Shown here in pieces: positions 58,098 through 64,000 of a DNA stretch of 64,000 bases. The notes under the pieces are model-generated. The model was not told the DNA's origin. It made no database searches and was given only the letters and a program-made list of their open reading frames with translations. Origin of the DNA: a virus. Location of the stretch: positions 1-64,000 of IMG/VR virus record IMGVR_UViG_3300023278_002223. The stretch is one strand, 5' to 3'. The position numbers and the translations under genes were made by a program. How positions within the stretch are numbered: the first letter of the stretch is position 1; each line of letters starts with the position of its first letter.

Positions 58098-58098
58098 A

Positions 58099-59109
58099 TT
58101 AGGTCAACAATTCTGTAATCTGAGAGGCTAGGTCGTCACGAATGTCGGCGTTCTCGTCCAGGTAATTAATGGCGTTAAGAACCCCTTGGAACTTGTTCTC
58201 ACCAATTGTGATCCAGGCTCCCTTCTTGTCAACCAATCCGAACTGCAGGGCCATGTCGAAGATATCGTAAGACTTTGAGAATCCCTTTCCATAGATTAGG
58301 GTGCTCGAGGCCTTCTTTCCCTTTCCCTGGAATCTGTTCTTCATAGTCTCAGCTTCAACAGTGTGTCCGATGACATCTTCTCCTGCTGAAATCTTGCCCT
58401 TGACCTTGAACCTTACGATTAGGTCACAGTTGTGCTTAATTGCATTTCCTCCAGGAAGAACGTCCTGGAATGAATACATGCTCAAGTTCTCCCTCTTTTG
58501 GTTAACAAGGAGCAGAACGCTCTGGTTGTCAAAACACAGGTTCTTTGCGTCTACTACGAACGGAGTAAACATCTTAGCCAATGGAGCCATGTGGCTCTTG
58601 CCTGCATCTGCTTCAAGGACGGCCTTAGGCATGCATGCTGGGATTGAATCCAGTACGACGAATGCCTTTGGGACAGTTCTTAGAACGTGCTTAATGGCAT
58701 TGAGGCAGGCCTCTCCGTCTGGAGCTGTCACCCAGTTGATCTTGGTTGCATCAAGCTCTGGAAAACAATTGATTAGACTCTGGTTTACTGCTCTCTCCTG
58801 GTTGAAGTAAAAGCAGTCCAAGCCCTGCTTCTGAGCAGAGATTAGAGCCTGAAGGGCCACAGTTGTCTTACCGGAGTTTTCTCCTCCGTAGTACATAACT
58901 AGCCCAGCAGGAATTCCCGGCTCATCTCCCAGGATATAGTTAACAGAGAACATGCCACTGTCTACATAGTAAGGAGACTTAAAGTTACTAATGTCATTGG
59001 TGAGGTTTACCCCCATGCCATCCAGAGCCTTGGCCACATCTAAGATGCCACCAACTGCTGACTCTTTCTTCTTTGCTGGCCTACCACGCTTCTTCTTAGG
59101 TGCTGCCAT
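58099..59109 (-). CDS. recA: RecA-like recombinase
   Basis: YGGENSGKTT, E.A, VLDSIPA, NQ.RE, PGGNAIK, KKGAW; likely start MAAPKK. Confidence 0.9.
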   Translation of the reverse strand: MAAPKKKRGRPAKKKESAVGGILDVAKALDGMGVNLTNDISNFKSPYYVDSGMFSVNYILGDEPGIPAGLVMYYGGENSGKTTVALQALISAQKQGLDCFYFNQERAVNQSLINCFPELDATKINWVTAPDGEACLNAIKHVLRTVPKAFVVLDSIPACMPKAVLEADAGKSHMAPLAKMFTPFVVDAKNLCFDNQSVLLLVNQKRENLSMYSFQDVLPGGNAIKHNCDLIVRFKVKGKISAGEDVIGHTVEAETMKNRFQGKGKKASSTLIYGKGFSKSYDIFDMALQFGLVDKKGAWITIGENKFQGVLNAINYLDENADIRDDLASQITELLT

Positions 59110-59689
59110 CGTCATCCAACCCTTCTGTAACGTCAAGGTCGTGAAGACCCTGTCTTTTGTTTGTCTTCTTAATAGCGCTATTGTCAGGAGTAAAGAATAC
59201 ATCCTTTTCTGAAATAGGTGTGTCGTCTTTCTTTAAGACTTCCTCTTTCTTAATAGCCACCGCATTGTGAATGTTTCTCATTTTCTCATCATTGGCGTAT
59301 CTGGTCACCAGATACCAAAGCATCTTCTGGAACACCTTCACTGGGTTATTTCCGAAAGTTGGCTCTGGGTAGTTTTTGAACTTCCACTTCTTGGCACCCA
59401 TCATCACAGTCTTGTAATGGCTTTTGATCTTTGGGTTTACAGCAACGTTCTTTCTCCAAAAATACGGAGGGAGGTTGCCAAATATCATTATGCATGACAT
59501 CTCTGCTAGAATGTGTGGAACTCCAAAGTACTGCCCCTGCGTTGTCAGTGATGGGAATAGGCCGCCCTTGGCTCTCTCTAGCTCTTGTCTACGAGAGAAT
59601 ATGGCTTTGCAGCCTGAGCAGTCCCGCTTTGTTGGTTTGATTCCTTTGTAATTTGGGTGCTTTTCACACCTGTTAACAAAGTCGCTCAT
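59096..59689 (-). CDS. Hypothetical protein with N-terminal C/H metal-binding motif
   Basis: CEKH...CSGC. Confidence 0.55.
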   Translation of the reverse strand: MSDFVNRCEKHPNYKGIKPTKRDCSGCKAIFSRRQELERAKGGLFPSLTTQGQYFGVPHILAEMSCIMIFGNLPPYFWRKNVAVNPKIKSHYKTVMMGAKKWKFKNYPEPTFGNNPVKVFQKMLWYLVTRYANDEKMRNIHNAVAIKKEEVLKKDDTPISEKDVFFTPDNSAIKKTNKRQGLHDLDVTEGLDDDGST

Positions 59690-60573
59690 TGGTTCCTCTT
59701 TGCTTCTTCCTCAAGAAACGACGCTAAGTCCTTCTTGGGCTTATACTTGGTTCTCTTAGTTCCCTGTCCTGGGACTGACTGTCTGGAGTGGACGAACCTC
59801 CTATGTCCCTCCACTATCCTAATAGCACTGCCAGTTGCCTTTTTAACCAAGTTGGCAACCTCCTTGGCTGTTAGGACATCTTTACCGGGAAGCTCATACA
59901 CACTAAACGAGTCAAGCTTAACTTCTTCCATTATCTCAAGACACATCTCTACGAAGTCATCAACATGAAGGTATGACCTAGTCTGCCCGGCCTCCTTGAA
60001 GACCTCTAGGTTGATCCCAGACCTGCATAAGCCCAAGAACTTGCTAACAATCTGCTTTGACTTCTGTCCAGGACCATAAACGCTGGGCATCCTCACTATT
60101 GCTGAACCCAGCTGAGTCTTCTCGTAGCTAGCTCTAACCATAGTCTCTCCGTAAGACCTGCTTAGATAATAGTCAGACGAAAGGTGAGACCCCTCTATGG
60201 GGCCTGTGGCCCTCTGTGTGCTTCCATAGACCATCCTTGTGATGTTTGTCTCACAGTAGTCTAGACAGCGCCTTAGGCCCTCTATCTGAGTCCTGTATAC
60301 CTGATTGTGGTCTGAGGTGTTTGGGCGTGGCAAGAAGAAGATTGTGCCGACCCCGGTGGGGATGTCGAGGTCGGTCACGTCCGATTTAATAAATTGGAAG
60401 TTGTCTAGGTTGTACATGTCCTCGATGTTAGCGAGGTTGCCCATAGATAGATTGTCCACAACCAAGACACTGTGCCCAATACTGCACAGCTCCCTGCTTA
60501 ACTTAGACCCTGTGAAGCCTGCGCCTCCTACGACGAGCACTTTCTGTTTATTGCCTCCATGACGTTTGACCAT
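59686..60573 (-). CDS. NAD-dependent sugar epimerase/dehydratase (divergent)
   Basis: VLVVGGAGFTG, VDNLS.G, R...VYGPGQ, RSYLHVDD; YxxxK appears as YYLSR. Confidence 0.75.
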   Translation of the reverse strand: MVKRHGGNKQKVLVVGGAGFTGSKLSRELCSIGHSVLVVDNLSMGNLANIEDMYNLDNFQFIKSDVTDLDIPTGVGTIFFLPRPNTSDHNQVYRTQIEGLRRCLDYCETNITRMVYGSTQRATGPIEGSHLSSDYYLSRSYGETMVRASYEKTQLGSAIVRMPSVYGPGQKSKQIVSKFLGLCRSGINLEVFKEAGQTRSYLHVDDFVEMCLEIMEEVKLDSFSVYELPGKDVLTAKEVANLVKKATGSAIRIVEGHRRFVHSRQSVPGQGTKRTKYKPKKDLASFLEEEAKRNQ

Positions 60574-60896
60574 CCTGGGAATCCTCCAAGTACTCTGTCA
60601 TCAATATAAATATCAGCAGCAACCTTACGAGGGTCATTGCCCCACTCATCAATCTCAGCTTTACAATTAACGTTAACCCAGTCGAAATGAATGCCACGAT
60701 CTGCAAGCCAGTTCACGGCGTTCTTTAGGGGCTCTCCGCCTCTACATGTCCACAAGATAAGGGTGTGTCCCTGTAGCTGCAAGTCCATGAGAGACTTAAT
60801 ACAGCCCGGCATCTCTTTTCCAATGCCCGGATATCTCTCTTCAACACAGGTGCCGTCAAAATCAACGGCAATACGAAGTCTTCTTTTTAAAGTCAA
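60528..60896 (-). CDS. HAD-superfamily phosphatase (BT0820-like)
   Basis: IAVDFDGT, LILWTCR, RKVAADIYIDDR. Confidence 0.85.
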   Translation of the reverse strand: MTLKRRLRIAVDFDGTCVEERYPGIGKEMPGCIKSLMDLQLQGHTLILWTCRGGEPLKNAVNWLADRGIHFDWVNVNCKAEIDEWGNDPRKVAADIYIDDRVLGGFPGWSNVMEAINRKCSS

Positions 60897-60908
60897 CTTG
60901 TACCTTCT

Positions 60909-61793
60909 CTAGCTAATGAACAAACCAAGTAGATCTGGGTCATCGATGATAAAAGGCAGAACGTGTTCGAGTCCCGAATACGCTCCAAAGTCATCACCAA
61001 GCCTCAGGGTTACAACCCCTACTAGTTTGCCATCCTCGGTATACACCCCTCCGCCACTATTTCCTCCTGTGAGAACACGGGAAACCATGTGACCGATAAA
61101 AGGATACCAAGTGAAGCTTAATTCGACCATGTCCTTCTGAACAAGACGATTCCTAAACACGATTGGGTCAACGACCATTGGGCAGCCAGCGATGAGCAAG
61201 CCTGTTCCAATCTTCATCTCCCTGATCTCTTGAAAAGAAGCTCTTAGGCCGGGGGTAATCCCCTTTAAAATTTTGGATCTAGCCTTAAAGTCAATAATAA
61301 CAAAAGCAATATCGACTTCTCGACTTCTAACAATTCTATAACTCATAACATCTTCGCTTCGGCTGACATTGAAGGACTTCTCCGACGAAATGTTCCCTAC
61401 CGAATCTCTAACGTAATTGACAAACCTATACTCTGTAGCTGGAACCATTCTCCATGTAGGACTGTCATCGGTGTTGCTTGGGCTCAACTTCTTGAGCAAC
61501 AGAGCATGATCAATCTCAGGCTTCATTGTTTCGTCTAGCACATGGTTGGCGGTAATGATTGTTACTCGCCTAACGGGACCAAGTACTTCGTGGTCGATTA
61601 GCTCATTCTGGATGACTGTGGCGCTCCCGGCGGACAGGGTTCTAGTTGTGTTTCCGCTGTCAACTACCAGTACTTTTAGCGTTGAGTCCAGAAGGGCGCT
61701 CTGTACTGAGGAATCAATGTCATCTGCTGTTGCGACAACTCCTGATGCAAGTCCCAGTACGATCAGTGCTGATGCTAGAATGTGTTTTCTCAT
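60909..61793 (-). CDS. Secreted trypsin-like serine protease
   Basis: Signal peptide MRKHILASALIVLGLASGVVATA; TANHV, DIA, GGNSGGG triad. Confidence 0.85.
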   Translation of the reverse strand: MRKHILASALIVLGLASGVVATADDIDSSVQSALLDSTLKVLVVDSGNTTRTLSAGSATVIQNELIDHEVLGPVRRVTIITANHVLDETMKPEIDHALLLKKLSPSNTDDSPTWRMVPATEYRFVNYVRDSVGNISSEKSFNVSRSEDVMSYRIVRSREVDIAFVIIDFKARSKILKGITPGLRASFQEIREMKIGTGLLIAGCPMVVDPIVFRNRLVQKDMVELSFTWYPFIGHMVSRVLTGGNSGGGVYTEDGKLVGVVTLRLGDDFGAYSGLEHVLPFIIDDPDLLGLFIS

Positions 61794-61833
61794 CAGTATT
61801 TGGGCCTCTCTACTATATGTTGTTTTATAAATG

Positions 61834-61862
61834 TATGGGGCCGACCCTAAGGCCGACCCCAT
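61834..61862 (-). terminator. Hairpin after holin-like gene
   Basis: ATGGGGTCGGCC-TTAG-GGTCGGCCCCAT (G-U pairs) on the - strand. Confidence 0.55.
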
Positions 61863-61881
61863 TCCAAAAGGAGCAAGAGAA

Positions 61882-62250
61882 TTAGGCGATTAGGCCCTCA
61901 GCTTTTGCTTGACCGAGAGCCGCTTCGACGCGAGCAATAAGTGCCTCACGAGCGATAGCTCCAACACCAAGAGTACTAAGAGCGGTCACGATGAAGTCGA
62001 TAGCTACGAATAGCTTCTCGGAGCCGTGAATCTCTCTGCCCTCAGCTGCCTTCTGACTAGCAATCTGCTCAGCGTAAATTACGCCTTTTGCGACTACTGC
62101 GTCTAGAAGACCCTCAAGGATATCAGCCTGCTCGATACTGAGCCCAACCTTAGTTGCCGCACGCTTTGCAATAATTGCAACAGCAACGTAGACAACAGGG
62201 ACGAGAACGGTAAGTGCGAACGGGCCAAACTGCCATAGTAGATCTTCCAT
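61882..62250 (-). CDS. Holin-like protein (LL-H type)
   Basis: N-terminal TM, V.YAEQ, G.EK...A, VEAAL pattern. Confidence 0.6.
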   Translation of the reverse strand: MEDLLWQFGPFALTVLVPVVYVAVAIIAKRAATKVGLSIEQADILEGLLDAVVAKGVIYAEQIASQKAAEGREIHGSEKLFVAIDFIVTALSTLGVGAIAREALIARVEAALGQAKAEGLIA

Positions 62251-62864
62251 TAAGATCTCCTTCCTTTGCGGTTCTTCCGCTTGTTGAGCTCTTTGAATAA
62301 CTCCACGGCACCATGCCTTGTCAACTCCTCAAGATACTCAACACCTGAAATCTCCTGGATTTCTTCCAATTTAAAGCCGTACTGGTTCATATACTTAGAC
62401 TTAAGAATAGCTAGCTGATTCTCTTCAGCCAGCTCATCCTGATCCTGAGAACCCATGCTGTCAATGTTAGCAATCTCTTCTGCAGAACAGATGTCTACAC
62501 CCAACGCGAACCTCAGCGCTCTTGCGCTGGCCCTTGTTTCAGCCATAGCTGTTGTGTAGCTGTCGAAGCCATCCTTGGAGGTTGACTTCCTGCAATCTCC
62601 AGCACAAGAGAATGTGCTATCGTCACCGAACTTATATGTGACCGTGACAGTGGCAGACCACTCATTCCCCTTGTCTGGGGTCTGATTGACCTGGACGTTT
62701 TTACCCTTGATGCCCAAAACCGCCTTAGCGACTCTGAGCAGTGGGTCATGTCGAACGAAAGGCTGACCCTTGTCTGTCAAGACAAAATCTTTGGAGGCGA
62801 AGTGGTCCTTGAGGACAAACTCCTTGCCGTTGATTGGGTTAGCTTTTTTCTTTAGAAAGTCCAT
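62250..62864 (-). CDS. Rad52/Sak-like ssDNA annealing protein (tentative)
   Basis: AMAETRASARALRFALG motif. Confidence 0.45.
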   Translation of the reverse strand: MDFLKKKANPINGKEFVLKDHFASKDFVLTDKGQPFVRHDPLLRVAKAVLGIKGKNVQVNQTPDKGNEWSATVTVTYKFGDDSTFSCAGDCRKSTSKDGFDSYTTAMAETRASARALRFALGVDICSAEEIANIDSMGSQDQDELAEENQLAILKSKYMNQYGFKLEEIQEISGVEYLEELTRHGAVELFKELNKRKNRKGRRS

Positions 62865-63194
62865 TTAGGAAATCCACTCATCGTTTTCGTCTTCATCGTT
62901 GGTGAAGACTGGATCATCATCAAAGTTAATAACGCCGTTTGCCCTTTGGAGCCCGTCATTGCTTGCCTTTGCCGCTTCAGTAGAATTATCTACGTCTTTG
63001 CGGCGCAGGTGGTGAAGGGTCATTGCAGTTGAGATATTTCTAATCTCTACACCCATCTTAATTAGTCGGCGCTTAATGGTCATAACGGGAATCTCATACT
63101 CCCTACTTAGAGACCTTAGGCTCACCTTGTCTTCCTGATACTTACGTGCAATCTCGCTGTCATGCTCGTGAGTGTACTTAGTTGGTCGTGCCAT
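62865..63194 (-). CDS. HTH DNA-binding protein
   Basis: Y....SLRSLSREY.I...TIKRRL...GV; likely start MARPTK. Confidence 0.7.
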   Translation of the reverse strand: MARPTKYTHEHDSEIARKYQEDKVSLRSLSREYEIPVMTIKRRLIKMGVEIRNISTAMTLHHLRRKDVDNSTEAAKASNDGLQRANGVINFDDDPVFTNDEDENDEWIS

Positions 63195-63207
63195 ATCTTG
63201 TCCTTTC

Positions 63208-63732
63208 TTAGAACGGCAAAGAGAACAGGTACTCTGAAACAATATCTGTAATCTTTACAGGGCCTATACTTCTTGAATCTAGTGATGCGGGGCGATTGTC
63301 TCCCCCTACGAAGACTTCGTCGTCGCCTAGGATTAGAGTGTACTCCCAAATGGTGGAGTAGTCGCTCCTAGGATACATTTCTTCCATCAGAGGGAAGTCT
63401 CCTGCCTCTGTGGTGATAGAATTTGCTCTGATTGTAACCGTCTCTCCTGGCAAACCGATGATTCTCTTAATCAAAAGCCTTGAACCAGGAACCCCGTTTG
63501 CGTTGTCTTCTTTTAGAACCACAATGTCAAACCTGTCTAGGTTGAACTTAGTGGTAACCAAAGTCATGGAGCCATCCTCGATAGACGGCATCATGCTGGT
63601 TCCCTGAACCTCCATCAGCTCGATACCTATAGGGCCCTTTAGAACAAGCAGGACGACCATTCCAATGGCAACGCCCCTTAGAACCTGAAAGGCTGACTCT
63701 AGGCTGAATAACTTTTTAATGAGGGAGTTCAT
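63208..63732 (-). CDS. lepB: Signal peptidase I (S26)
   Basis: TM, VQGTSMMP, RFDIVV, IKRIIGLPGE, GDNR..SLDSR..G. Confidence 0.92.
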   Translation of the reverse strand: MNSLIKKLFSLESAFQVLRGVAIGMVVLLVLKGPIGIELMEVQGTSMMPSIEDGSMTLVTTKFNLDRFDIVVLKEDNANGVPGSRLLIKRIIGLPGETVTIRANSITTEAGDFPLMEEMYPRSDYSTIWEYTLILGDDEVFVGGDNRPASLDSRSIGPVKITDIVSEYLFSLPF

Positions 63733-64000
63733 ACTATTCCATCTTTCGCAAAGTGTGTTTTTTCTGGCCCAGGTCCGTTGCCAATGAGGGACACAGGGAC
63801 GCCCACGTACGCTTCTAGCCTTGCAAGAAACTGGTCGTAGTTCTCTTCTTCGCCCCAGCCTGCCCAGTTCTCAAAGACTGGCTCGCACTTGTAGGACTCA
63901 GCGCCAACAGGAAAGTCTCTAAGCTCTGTTAGAGTCTCTCTCCTGTAAGTATACCCCACACAAACAGGAATTTCAACCATTGTATTTAAAATATCCATCT
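63729..64000 (-). CDS. Adenylosuccinate synthetase family (PurA/PurZ), C-terminal fragment
   Basis: MDIL..IPVCVGY, P.FE...GW, LE...GVPVSLIG.GP motifs; truncated by window edge. Confidence 0.8.
   Translation of the reverse strand, partial: MDILNTMVEIPVCVGYTYRRETLTELRDFPVGAESYKCEPVFENWAGWGEEENYDQFLARLEAYVGVPVSLIGNGPGPEKTHFAKDGIV

Noticed and set aside
1-64000. Stop-codon reassignment as in some large phages
   Set aside because: Conserved genes are full length in the standard code, and TAG, TGA and TAA all end genes at sensible boundaries.

Overview
This window is part of a large tailed (probably long-tailed, siphovirus-like) phage genome in the standard genetic code, with two convergent arms. 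The + strand arm (1-34.5 kb) is the virion module: fibres, prohead protease/scaffold, decoration protein, major capsid, head-tail joining proteins, tail tube, chaperones, tape measure and tail tip. It is punctuated by a repeated TCGTATAAT promoter-like motif. The - strand arm (34.6-64 kb) carries replication genes (DnaE, DnaG, DnaB, RecA, SSB, dNMP kinase, PD-(D/E)XK nuclease), host-like genes (EF-G of the Spirochaete/Planctomycete/Deltaproteobacteria type, signal peptidase I, PurA-family), a MotA/ExbB-MotB/ExbD-like membrane module, and a nonulosonic-acid biosynthesis plus glycosyltransferase cluster. The main candidate new system links two observations: most predicted outer virion proteins are strongly enriched in a Ser-Gly dipeptide that is rare in the capsid, tape measure and DnaE, and the genome encodes NeuB/NeuA/HAD/Maf-like/GT69-like/GT4 enzymes. 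Together they suggest sequon-directed virion glycosylation. The arm junction also holds a structured promoter-to-terminator RNA with a 31-aa hydrophobic ORF and an array of covarying hairpins. All family calls come from motif recognition by eye and all counts are hand counts; no database searches were run.
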